Shown piece by piece: positions 10,904 to 21,600 of a stretch of 64,000 bases of DNA. The stretch's first letter is position 1. Every line of letters begins with the position of its first letter. Source of the DNA: Candidatus Poribacteria bacterium (GTDB taxonomy: Bacteria > Poribacteria > WGA-4E > WGA-3G); the NCBI GenBank assembly GCA_003635195.1, contig PYIY01000190.1:8919-72918 (forward strand). Reading direction: 5' to 3'. A program made the position numbers and the translations under genes. Below the pieces are notes generated by a model that had not been told where the DNA came from, did no database searches, and saw only the letters and a program-made list of their open reading frames with translations.

Positions 10904-10951
10904 CCCCCCTGATAAGGGGGGTGTTTTTGCTGGGGTGTTTCCCATAGGGGG
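10904..10951 (+). repeat. dispersed intergenic repeat (CCCCCC-TGATAA-GGGGGG hairpin + GTGTTTTTGCTGGGGTGTTTCCC module)
   Basis: Sequence cccccctgataagggggggtgtttttgctggggtgtttcccataggggg. Related copies are at 22815, 23908, 43515 (reverse), 44982-45150 and 49041-49152 (reverse). Confidence 0.7.
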
Positions 10952-11116
10952 TTATCTTCTTACAAGTGTTCACTTATTTTCGGATTTTACTATAAATCAA
11001 GCAATTGATTTCAGTTAAAATAACGCGTAGCTTGGAACGAAGTGGAAAGCGGATCTACGGAGAGGAACGTAAAAACCACCAACCCACTTAACCGAACCGC
11101 AAGGAAAATTAAAAGA

Positions 11117-11401
11117 ATGACAATTAAGGAGTTTCAGAAGCAAATCGAAGCGATTTATTATGAGCGTGATGCAGAACGAGGCGTGCCGCTTACCTTTACG
11201 TGGTTTGTTGAGGAGGTCGGTGAATTAGCAAAAGAAATTCGCAAACAGCCACAGGATATGGAACGGCTGCGCGAAGAATTTGCCGATGTGTTTGCATGGC
11301 TCGCCACATTAGCGAGTCTACTCGGTATTTCCTTAACAGATGCTGCACAAATCTATGCCGAAGGCTGCCCTAAGTGTAAAGCAACTCCTTGTAACTGTTA
11401 A
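11117..11401 (+). CDS. small MazG-like nucleotide pyrophosphohydrolase
   Basis: Track ORF 11042..11401. I prefer the ATG at 11117 (MTIKEFQKQIEAIY...). EEVGELAKE and EEFADVFAWL are MazG-type EExxE/ExxD helices. C-terminal CPKC...CNC cysteine cluster. Confidence 0.7.
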   Translation: MTIKEFQKQIEAIYYERDAERGVPLTFTWFVEEVGELAKEIRKQPQDMERLREEFADVFAWLATLASLLGISLTDAAQIYAEGCPKCKATPCNC

Positions 11402-11415
11402 GACGCAGATTAGGA

Positions 11416-12846
11416 TCATTCTGGTAACGGGCAGCTACCCTCAAATTCGAGAAATGTCGGTTCTCTGTTTATATTCAGTGACGCGCGTCGTCCCTTAAAT
11501 TTAATATTTAATGCTGCTGAATCAAGGAGCTCTATATCCAATTGAAGTATATCGTCAACAGTATTTGACAACTTCAAATACAATACTGAAATTAATCGGG
11601 CGAATTTCTTGAATCTCTCTGGCGTGTTTCTGAAACGTTGATAGAGTTCTGGAATCGGAGATGAGAATGCTTGAAGTCTATTTCCATACTGCGATGAGAG
11701 TTCGCCACGAATTTGAGCCTCTAATAACATTTGATCAAAGACAGTGGTTTGCATTACAGATGGGTTAGCATCTTCCAATTTTTCGTCAAGGAGGACTCGC
11801 TTAGCACGCATGTCGGCAACCTGATCTAAGGTCAACTGCTCCAAAATAACAGGTTCGGTACGATTTTTATACGCACTGGTCACTGTTTCTTCCTTGAGAT
11901 GAATCTCCCATACAGTCTCACACTCAGTTGAAATTTGCGCAACCTTTTGAAGTTTTACCCATGCGGCGTCTTCCTGATGGGCAAAAGCGATAGCCTCCAG
12001 TTGGTCAATGGAACTTCCAGCAGGTACGTCGCGTAAGCGTGTGCGCAATTTCCTCAAGAAGGCCACTTGTGTGGATGAATTCGGACAAAGCGTCAGAGAA
12101 ATCTCCGTTGAATCCCAGCATACCTTTTGAAAGGGAATGAAATAGTACTGTCCATCTACTGAGCGGAACAGGACACATTCATTACCTTCATCTGTCAAGG
12201 CATTAGTGTCGTGTTTCTGGTCGTGTACTGGGGTTACGGAGATAGTATTGAGAAGGCGTTGAATGCCTGCCTCCCAATTTCTATGAAGATCAACATATTG
12301 GATATCCCGCAGCGTTTCGCCTCCGCCGATGTCAATATCTGGAATCTCACATTCGTTCAATTTTACGGGAATAAACCATACCTTGTCAGCGGGTCGCCGA
12401 TGTAACTCTTCAATCGCAACTTTTAACTCTTCACTCATATACGTTTGACTGCGCGCGTTGACTTCTGTTGAGAAACAGGCGATAAAGAAATCTCCATGCT
12501 GAATCGCTTGCTGAATCGCTTGCTTCCACGGCGTGCCGGGCCCTATATTATCTCTGTCCAGCCAGATGTGGATGTCGTGTGAAGCAAGAGTTTGGCAGAG
12601 ACGATCAACAATAGTTCTGTTCTCATGACAATAAGAGATAAAAACGTGCTTCATCTCTCTGGCGTGTTTAATTTCCATGTTGATATGGTTGATTAATCGC
12701 GCTTTGAAGGCTTCGCGACGTTCTCTCCGCACTTCAAGCCCGGGACGAGCTTTGGATAAATCCGGCGGATTTTCCCGTGTGTAAGCCTCATAATCAAATT
12801 CGACTTCTTCTATAGTATCCATTGCGAATCTCCTGACTGCCCTCAT
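11416..12846 (-). CDS. TIR-domain protein with BrnA-like N-terminal peptide and an uncharacterised ~270-aa C-terminal domain
   Basis: KHVFISYCHENRTIVDRL...WLDRDNIGPG...FFIACFS...YMSEELKVAIE...WFIPVKL is a TIR fold pattern (about 12232..12651). Alternative starts are at 12822 (MDTIEE) and 12654 (MKHVFISY). Confidence 0.8.
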   Translation of the reverse strand: MRAVRRFAMDTIEEVEFDYEAYTRENPPDLSKARPGLEVRRERREAFKARLINHINMEIKHAREMKHVFISYCHENRTIVDRLCQTLASHDIHIWLDRDNIGPGTPWKQAIQQAIQHGDFFIACFSTEVNARSQTYMSEELKVAIEELHRRPADKVWFIPVKLNECEIPDIDIGGGETLRDIQYVDLHRNWEAGIQRLLNTISVTPVHDQKHDTNALTDEGNECVLFRSVDGQYYFIPFQKVCWDSTEISLTLCPNSSTQVAFLRKLRTRLRDVPAGSSIDQLEAIAFAHQEDAAWVKLQKVAQISTECETVWEIHLKEETVTSAYKNRTEPVILEQLTLDQVADMRAKRVLLDEKLEDANPSVMQTTVFDQMLLEAQIRGELSSQYGNRLQAFSSPIPELYQRFRNTPERFKKFARLISVLYLKLSNTVDDILQLDIELLDSAALNIKFKGRRASLNINREPTFLEFEGSCPLPE

Positions 12847-13078
12847 ACGCAGTGATTAAACGATGAATTTCTGCATCCTCTGGAATGTAGATAATTACCA
12901 AGATACGATTAGTGACGCTTTTTCCTATAAACATCCACCGGTCCGGGTGCCCTTACGGATCGGGACCGTCATATCCATCTGGATCGTCAAACGCAGAAAC
13001 GACCTCATAAAATTGAACATTGTGCCTCCTCTGCACTTCCTGATATTTATCCTCATCCCATATAAACCCAATGTCCAT
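12794..13078 (-). pseudogene. BrnT-like (DUF497) toxin gene interrupted by one in-frame TAA
   Basis: Minus-strand frame reads MDIGFIWDEDKYQEVQRRHNVQFYEVVSAFDDPDGYDGPDP-TAA-GHPDRWMFIGKSVTNRILVIIYIPEDAEIHRLITAYEGSQEIRNGYY... Both halves are in the same frame and match the BrnT pattern (F.WDe.K...HgvsF.Ea..vF.Dp ... iG....r.l.vvy......iRiIsAr). Confidence 0.6.
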
Positions 13079-13151
13079 GCAGTGAACCCCATACATATAC
13101 GTGATGATTGGAACTGTAAGAAATCCCTTTAAGCATTCTACCACAAGTGCG

Positions 13152-14423
13152 TTAATTCCCGTTCAAAAAATGCTCAAAGTTGCCGCCGAATAGATTGTTG
13201 ACATCCCGTTCAATCTCTGATGAATTGAGTGTCCACCCGACATCAAGCAGCGTTTGGTATTTTTCCACCAGAACATCAGCGATAATCCTACGCGAGTGCT
13301 TCCATTTGTAGACGAGTTGATCCAAGATTCGGGCATCGGAATGCTGCGGGATGACACTCAAGCCGAGCAACTCAATCCGCTCACGTGTGATCTCCTCAAT
13401 AACACTCGGATTATTCATAAACCACCAACACCCGAATATCATCAGGTTCTTGAATTTCCGACCGACGACGCATAATTCATGCTGATTTTCACGCGATAGG
13501 AGCGTCACAAGGAACTTATTATCTGGGTTTTCACGGAGTAACGTTTCCAAGCTCGTCAGATCCGCCTTTCCACTACCGTCGCCTGCCATTTGGAGTTGCG
13601 GATTAACGGCGCGTTTCACACCGATCATTAGTGCAAACGGGACATTGAATTCACGCGAGATGGGTAGTATACAGTTGTCGAACAGTCTACCCAAAACACC
13701 ATCATCTGGGTATTGAAAATCTGGCGGGAGAGAAACCGCCATGTACTTCGGGTTCATCCGTTGAATCCACGCCTCCAAAAATCGGCGGATTTCCTTGTAA
13801 GTTTTTTCTGTTGATAGATTCGGATCAACATCATAGCCGAGACCCCGAAGGTGTTCGTAACCAGTTTCCTGATAGGTATTGATGAGGACATCCATCCGCA
13901 ATGCTGCCTCAAAGCGGGCATCACCCGTTTCGCCTGACTGCCACACCGGTGCCTCTGTCGAGTCAAACGGGTCGTTCGTCATTACAACTTTAGAGACTTT
14001 CGCACGTTCAAAAACTGTGTCAATAAAGGCTTCAACGGTTGTGTCTGCAAAGTAGTCGCGATAGTCCTGCAGATTGCGCGAACCGACATCCAACCCCAAT
14101 TCATTTAAAGTCGTCACAACACCCCGGCACGCTTCACTCACTGGTGAGTTCTCAATGAAGAGCGTCTGCCAAATGAGATCTGCCTGTTCTGCCTTTGTCA
14201 TCGCCCAAAATTGATCGTACGAGGCATCCGATTTACGGAACACTTCAGCGATAAGGTAGTGATACGTCAGCAATTCATCTATGCCCCACAGTAACAACTC
14301 ACCGAAGGGCGGACTAAAAAGATGCGTGTGAATATCTGTGATGCTTTGTATCTCAACAGCATCTAAAACGGCGGTTTTCAACTGTTCTGTAGTAGCAATT
14401 GTTTGCGTGTGGTTTGCGTTCAT
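13152..14423 (-). CDS. uronate (glucuronate) isomerase-like amidohydrolase
   Basis: 423 aa. ITDIHTHL metal motif, ELLTYHYL, and the C-terminal FGCWWFMNNP...SDARILDQL parallel UxaC FGSGWWFND...TDSRSF. Confidence 0.65.
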   Translation of the reverse strand: MNANHTQTIATTEQLKTAVLDAVEIQSITDIHTHLFSPPFGELLLWGIDELLTYHYLIAEVFRKSDASYDQFWAMTKAEQADLIWQTLFIENSPVSEACRGVVTTLNELGLDVGSRNLQDYRDYFADTTVEAFIDTVFERAKVSKVVMTNDPFDSTEAPVWQSGETGDARFEAALRMDVLINTYQETGYEHLRGLGYDVDPNLSTEKTYKEIRRFLEAWIQRMNPKYMAVSLPPDFQYPDDGVLGRLFDNCILPISREFNVPFALMIGVKRAVNPQLQMAGDGSGKADLTSLETLLRENPDNKFLVTLLSRENQHELCVVGRKFKNLMIFGCWWFMNNPSVIEEITRERIELLGLSVIPQHSDARILDQLVYKWKHSRRIIADVLVEKYQTLLDVGWTLNSSEIERDVNNLFGGNFEHFLNGN

Positions 14424-14498
14424 CTAATCCTCCAGATTCAAAAATCCAAAATTTTTCTTTCAGCGTTTTGGACATATCAGATTTCCCATAATATTGGA

Positions 14499-15521
14499 TT
14501 ATAAAACAGAACTGAACGGTGGATATTCCAATCCCCATTGCGTTCTGGCAACATCCATAGTTTTGATAATAGATAGAGACTCATCTAATGGCATCACATC
14601 ACTTTCGAGTTTATCCGCTCGTAAACAGTTGATAACCTCAAGTACTTGGTATTCAAAACCGTTGTCAATAAATGGGATTTCAATTTGTAGGGGTTCTTTC
14701 CCAAGGACTTCAAGTGTTGCGGAGGTCGCTCGTGAAAAGTTCGGGATATATATTGACCCTTTTGTGCCGAAGATACGTGCATCTTGTGAGGTGCGTGTCG
14801 TGATTGCACACGACAAACTCGCAATTTGGCCAGCATCATAGCGGAGTAGGACAGCGGCTTGTTCATCAACACCGGTTTCGCCGATGTGTGCCAGACTCGT
14901 TATCTGCGTTGGCACGCCAAACACCATGGACGCTAAGGAGACAGTATAGACCCCAATGTCCAACATTGCACCACCTGCAAGTTCCAGCGCAAACAATCTA
15001 CCTTTCATATTCTCAGCCGTCAGTACGACCCGATTCCCAAAATCTGCCGTTAACATGCGCGGTTCACCGATCACACCATCTGCCAGCCATTCCCGAACCT
15101 TAACCATTACTGGAATAAAACGGGTCCACATGGCTTCCATGAGGAATTGCTTATGTTCGCGTGCACACGCGATCAACGCCTCAGCCTGCTTCACATCCAC
15201 AGTGAGAGGCTTTTCACATAAAACCGCTTTCCCTGCTTCCAAACACAACATCGCACACGCTTTGTGAAACGGGTGTGGTGTTGCAACGTAGATAACATCT
15301 ACCTCACAGTTATTCGCCAGTTCAACGTAATTACCGTGTCTATGTGGAACATCAAACGTATCAGCGAATGCATCAGCTCTCTTGAGGTCGCGTGAACCAA
15401 CAGCAACAATCTCAGCGTCAGGAATCGCTTTCAGGGCAGTGGCGAACTTATGAGCAATACCACCAGGACCGAGCATACCCCACCTTATCTTTTTTTTCAT
15501 CTGGATATCCATTTTTAACAA
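14499..15521 (-). CDS. Gfo/Idh/MocA family NAD(P)-dependent oxidoreductase
   Basis: IRWGMLGPGGIAHKF Rossmann N-terminus and EKPL motif (LCEKPLT). The alternative start MKKKIRWG is at 15500. Confidence 0.8.
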   Translation of the reverse strand: MLKMDIQMKKKIRWGMLGPGGIAHKFATALKAIPDAEIVAVGSRDLKRADAFADTFDVPHRHGNYVELANNCEVDVIYVATPHPFHKACAMLCLEAGKAVLCEKPLTVDVKQAEALIACAREHKQFLMEAMWTRFIPVMVKVREWLADGVIGEPRMLTADFGNRVVLTAENMKGRLFALELAGGAMLDIGVYTVSLASMVFGVPTQITSLAHIGETGVDEQAAVLLRYDAGQIASLSCAITTRTSQDARIFGTKGSIYIPNFSRATSATLEVLGKEPLQIEIPFIDNGFEYQVLEVINCLRADKLESDVMPLDESLSIIKTMDVARTQWGLEYPPFSSVL

Positions 15522-15970
15522 GCAGGTTTTGATTCGATTTTGCTGGTAATAAAATTAATGATCTCTTCAGGGGGGTGTTTGCCAAATCGGACGTAAACAC
15601 CGCGGAAGTTTTCGAGGCGTGTTGGGTGGGCGAACGGACTGAGCAGAACCCCGTTCGCGTCGGTGTAAAAACTGCGAAATGTTTCCCAAGGTCGCTCCAG
15701 TCTGTAGAAGCAACAACTTGTAATAATAAGTTTATCCGATTCAAACTGGTGGTGAAACGGCAGAAAATATTTATAGAGCGATCCGATCAAAAAAATAGCG
15801 GACAGAACAGCGACATAAATTAATTGGAAACCCAAATAGATAATAAGCAGGAGGAGTACCAGAAAAAGCCCTAACAGTACGGACTTGCGCCAATTCTCAA
15901 CGAGCGGATGTACTGTCCATGAAAGCGTTGTAGGCGCGTGCGACATACGGGTACTTTTTCCTAAGAACAA
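15515..15970 (-). CDS. hypothetical two-TM membrane protein
   Basis: 151-aa ORF with two hydrophobic helices (LLGLFLVLLLLIIYLGF, VAVLSAIFLIGSL). It is co-directional and abuts the neighbouring genes. An alternative start is at 15946. Confidence 0.45.
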   Translation of the reverse strand: MFLGKSTRMSHAPTTLSWTVHPLVENWRKSVLLGLFLVLLLLIIYLGFQLIYVAVLSAIFLIGSLYKYFLPFHHQFESDKLIITSCCFYRLERPWETFRSFYTDANGVLLSPFAHPTRLENFRGVYVRFGKHPPEEIINFITSKIESKPAC

Positions 15971-16000
15971 TCTCTGACATGCTTGTGGAGGCAGGCGGGG

Positions 16001-16420
16001 TTATTCCGTTGTATCTGTGGTGCCGCCATCAATTTCTGTCTTTGACGCATCTTGGGCATCATCTGCCCTCTCTCCGTCCCCTGGCGTTTCAACAGTCCCT
16101 TCACCTGTAGTGTCAACAGGTTCGGCTGTACTTTCTTGCGTCGTCTCCTGCTCAATCGGTGTGAGCTCACCACCGCCGCCTTCACCATAGAAGCGCATCA
16201 GGAAAAGCGAAATAACCATGAAAGCGATGGCGAGCCATGTCGTCAGTTTACCGAGGAAAGTCGCTGCACCGCGTCCCCCAAGAACAGACTGCATCTCCGC
16301 ACCACCAAACGCGCTTGATGAAAGTCCTTCCCCTTTACTGTCCTGTAACAGAATAATCAGCGTCAGAACGACGCAGATAGGCACAAAGAGGAATAATACA
16401 AACCCCATGATAATTTCCAT
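16001..16420 (-). CDS. secG: preprotein translocase subunit SecG with acidic low-complexity C-terminal tail
   Basis: LLQDSKGEGLSSSAFGG...LGGRGAATFLGKLT is the SecG signature, and the gene is in the classical position after tpiA. The last ~60 aa are rich in E, T, D and G. Confidence 0.75.
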   Translation of the reverse strand: MEIIMGFVLFLFVPICVVLTLIILLQDSKGEGLSSSAFGGAEMQSVLGGRGAATFLGKLTTWLAIAFMVISLFLMRFYGEGGGGELTPIEQETTQESTAEPVDTTGEGTVETPGDGERADDAQDASKTEIDGGTTDTTE

Positions 16421-16460
16421 CTAATAGTTCCTCCCATTGGTCAAATTTCGGCGTAACTTG

Positions 16461-17224
16461 CTATACAAACTTCACGATTTGTGCAAACGATTCTGCCTCA
16501 AGACTCGCACCGCCAACAAGGGCACCGTCTACATCCGGTTGCGCCATCAGTTCCGATGCATTTTCCGGTTTAACACTGCCACCGTATTGAATGCGCAGCT
16601 GCGATGCGACTTCCGCCGAGTAAGACTTCGTCAGCAACCCGCGAATGAAGTTGTGAACCTCCTGCGCTTGCGCAGGCGTAGCAGTTTTTCCAGTGCCGAT
16701 CGCCCAAACAGGTTCATAGGCAATAACACAAGATAACAACTCCGCAGCGGATAAGCCTGCAGTGCCGCCTGTAACGTGGTCTTCAATCACCATTTCTGTC
16801 TGTCCAGATTCTCGCTCTTCAAGTTGTTCACCGACACAGATAATCGGTTTTAATCCGTGTGCTAACGCCGCTTTTACCTTCTGATTAACACTCTCATTCG
16901 TCTCACCGAAGTATTGCCGCCGTTCCGAGTGACCGATAATGACGTATTCACACCGGACATCCTTGAGCATCGGTGCGGACACTTCACCGGTAAACGCACC
17001 GCTGTCCTCTGAGTAGACATCTTGTGCTGAGAGACGGATGTTGCTGCCCGCTATCACGTCGCTAACCGCAGCAAGCGAGGTAAACGGCGGCGCAACGATA
17101 ATTTCAACGTCGCTAACCTCGGCAACCAATGCCTTTAGTGCCGTTGTGAGCGCGACTGCTTCCGAAATCGTTTTGTTCAGTTTCCAGTTTCCTGCAATAA
17201 TAGGTGTCCGCATAGTCCTTTCCA

Positions 17225-17225
<1 letters not shown>
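16461..17225 (-). CDS. tpiA: triosephosphate isomerase
   Basis: IIAGNWKLN, IIGHSERR, AYEPVWAIGTG and GGASL motifs. Confidence 0.95.
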
Positions 17226-18316
<1,091 letters not shown>

Positions 18317-18545
18317 TCAAAGAGCAATGAACATGTGGGGCTTTTCATAAATATCAGCTTGCAAGCGATCCCCCTTGATTTGCTATTATCCAATTTTCAC
18401 GATTTAAAATCTTTTTAATTATACCGTAAAATGAAGTAAATTGCAAGTGCTATTTAAACGTATTGGTATTCAATTATCCCGAACTGTTTTGAAATTCAGA
18501 GCATTTTCCAGAGAATTGAATGGCACTGAGTCCATCTAATTTTTA

Positions 18546-18574
18546 TTGACATTTTTGGAGGCATCTGCTATACT
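18546..18574 (+). promoter_or_regulatory. candidate sigma70-type promoter
   Basis: TTGACA (18546-18551), a 17-nt spacer, then TATACT (18569-18574). It lies about 120 nt upstream of the 18698 start. Confidence 0.4.
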
Positions 18575-18697
18575 TTCGCGGAGTGATCGAATGCGGTACG
18601 TCAGGGTTATGAAGGAATTCATTCTATCGTTATTTAACGAAAACCCTCAGCTTAGTGGACTTCATAACAGCTACAATCCATCTGTGAAAGACAAAAT

Positions 18698-21600
18698 ATG
18701 TCAAGTTCATGTTTCCCGTTCAACGTCTCTGCCCCATCGGCGAAGCGAATTTCAATTTATCTCCTAGACCTCCTGTTCGCCCTTTGTATATTCACATCCA
18801 TTGGTCATGCGCAACCACACCTCGTCTTCGTTGTAGGCGAAAATGAGTACCGTTCTGAAGTAACGATGCCCGCATTGGCTCAGGTGTTAGCGGACCACTA
18901 CGGCTTCCGCACTACACTTCTCAGAGACGACGTACTTCAGGGAGGCGAGGCGAACAACATCAACGGTCTTGAGGCGTTAGAGACTGCAGACCTCCTTGTT
19001 TTGTATCTGCGATTTCGTCAACTGCCTGAGGCCCAACTCGCGTTGTTACAAAAGTACATCGACCGAGGCGGTCCCATCGTTGCTTTCCGTACAACAACGC
19101 ACGCCTTTGCTTACGAAGAGAATGATCAGCAGGCGGTGTGGTGGAATAATTTCGGTGCGCGTGAGCTCGGTGCACCGTGGATTTACCACTACGGACACGA
19201 GGCAAGCACCGATGCTACTATCGTTGGCAGTCATCCGATCCTTACAGGTGTGAGTCCAGCATTTCACGTCCGCTCTTGGACTTACCATGTGCGTCCCGAC
19301 TATCCGCCGAAAGATGCCCAGGTCTTAGTGCAGGGTCGCCCTGTATTTCCCGAAGGCGAGCGTGGCGGTGCAGAGACGGTCAATCCAGTTGCATGGACGC
19401 ACACGCACTCCGGCGGGGGGCGTGTATTTACAACCACAATGGGACATCCAGAGGACTTTAGAGTGAGTGACTTTCGCCGCCTTGTCGTTAACGGCATCTA
19501 CTGGTGTCTCAACCGCGAAGCACCGCGCCGCTATCCACCCGGTTGGCGTGTTAAAACCGGACAGCCGTGGCGGGATATGGATTATGGCCCCTACCTTTCT
19601 ACAGCTGTCGCCGCGAATCCTAATAACCTTACTTACAAAGGTCTGGTTATTCCACTCACCCCGGATCTCGCGAGTGGTGCAGTGGTGTTTGACACAGACT
19701 TATTGCGCTACTCTGCGGGTTGGATAGATGGGTTGATTGACTTCGTCGATGTTGCCTATAACGGTTGGCATCAGAGTTTTCCATCGATTGAGGGCAAACT
19801 CCTGTGGGAAAATCCGGTGGGACCCGGTTGGGCGAAAAATGGCAGCTTTGAGGATACACGCACTGTTCCTTTTGGTCCCTTACCCAAGGATTGGGCGCAT
19901 TGGAAGGGATTGTATCTTCACGGGAACCATGTTGTTTTGTCGTATACAGTAGGCACTCGCTCGGTGCTGGAAACCCCGTCGCTCGAAAGCGGAGAAAAAG
20001 GGTTCGCTTTTGCCCGTACTTTCCATCTCGGCCCATCTGCATCGAGTGCGCTTGTCCGTATTGCAACATTCCGTGCCGGGGAAGTGTGTGCCTTACACGA
20101 GTTTCAACGTGGCACCGGGGTTGCCCTATGTCCGCCAGGGGCAGCACCTGGCGCGCAAGGCAGCCTGTTTGCTGCTCTGATTGACGCGCCGAAAGGCGCA
20201 CGGTGGACAGTGAAGGACGAGCTTCGCGTTCGGTTTCCGCCGTCGGAACAAGCAATCTCCGCCAAAATTCTGATCGCTCCAGTGATCCAAGATACACTTG
20301 AGTTGGATGTGTGGACACAATTCGTTGAAACCTCGCCGCCTGTGGTGGATCTGACGAAGTTAATCCGAGGGGGACCGCAGCGTTGGCCGGAAAAACTCGT
20401 CACGGTTGGAGACATTGATATACAGCAGCAGCTCAAGGTGGAAACTTTGAAAATCAACGCAGAGACAGCGACTTGGGATTTCAAGAAAGATGGATACCTT
20501 CCGACAGTACTTTCGATAGATAATCTGTCCCCAGTCCTTGGCGATGTCGGTAGGGCAGATCAGTGTATAGCTGTCCTGCGCCCACCCACCAAAACTACAC
20601 AGTCCGCCTCAGCGGGTGAACAGAAGAGCGACGCTGCTTTGATCGGACACTGGCGTTTCAACGAGGGTAGCGGTTCGCATGCCGTAAGTACGCCACCCGC
20701 GGAGGCAGCAATTGTGCTTGATGGGGTTCGCTGGGAAGCCGGGCAGTCCGGTGGTAGCCTCGCATTCAACGGCGGAGCGGAAGCCCGTTTTGACGAAAAC
20801 CTCGCCCTCGATTTCGACACCACTGACCTAACTTTCGCTGCGTGGATTTCCACCGAAAATGACGGGACAATCTTCGCTGAATCGCTTGAGGCATCGGAGT
20901 GGGTACCCAACGGCAAAACCTTTTTTATCCGGGATGGGAATTTGACGTTTGATGTCGGCTGGGTCGGTGTTATCGGGGGTGCCGCGGGAGGTGGACAATC
21001 AGTCGATGATGGCACTTGGCATCATGTCGGATTAACGTGGCGACATCAGAGTGGGGCAGTGACGCTGTTTTTGGATGGCGAGATTGCTGCCAAAGGTATC
21101 CTTAAGCCAGAAGCACCATTGGAGGATGACGTTTGGAGGCTCGGGTTCACCGCATCAGATTTTCCAGAAGAATCTCCCTGGTTTGAAGGGCAGCTTGATG
21201 ACCTGCATCTATACAACCGCGCCCTCTCACCCGATGAGATGCACACGCTCTACCAACGCCTCCGAGAGCCGCCTCTGATTGCCGCAGCCCTGGTCGAACC
21301 GATTGCGGGGGCGAAATGGCGCGTTGACACCGAGCGTATTTCCCTTGACCAGCCTGCAGACACAACCGCATCGGTACTGATATGGGAGGGTAGCGAATCG
21401 AAACTCCCAGATTTCGCTCGGTTAGCGGCAAACGATGGACTTGACCCTGGTCAACCGTTCGCGATTGACAAGATAAATTGGCCCGCGCAAAATCCGTGGG
21501 CTTCGTGGCTACGTTTCGGCGGGTTCGACTTCTTCCCAGACGGCAATCGTGCCGCGCTTTCTACCTGGAATGGCGATGTTTGGACGGTCACTGGGCTCAA

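Noticed and set aside
12953-12955. In-frame TAA as evidence for stop-codon reassignment.
   Set aside because: TAA clearly terminates other well-conserved genes at their expected ends, for example gap at 17225-17227 and the DprA-like gene at 50980-50982. A pseudogene or local readthrough is more parsimonious.
12863-13132. Track ORF 12863..13132 (+), 89 aa.
   Set aside because: It is antisense to the BrnT-like frame, which has recognisable family motifs, and it has none of its own.
19656-20318. Long antisense or out-of-frame ORFs inside large genes, for example 19656..20318 (-), 20560..21015 (-), 33119..33556 (-), 34220..34765 (-), 35438..36151 (-), 38832..39437 (-), 39184..39723 (+), 41116..41604 (-) and 27653..28084 (-).
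   Set aside because: Each is fully embedded in a longer ORF with clear family motifs. Their products are Arg/Ser/Cys-rich or repeat-shadow sequences typical of non-coding frames.
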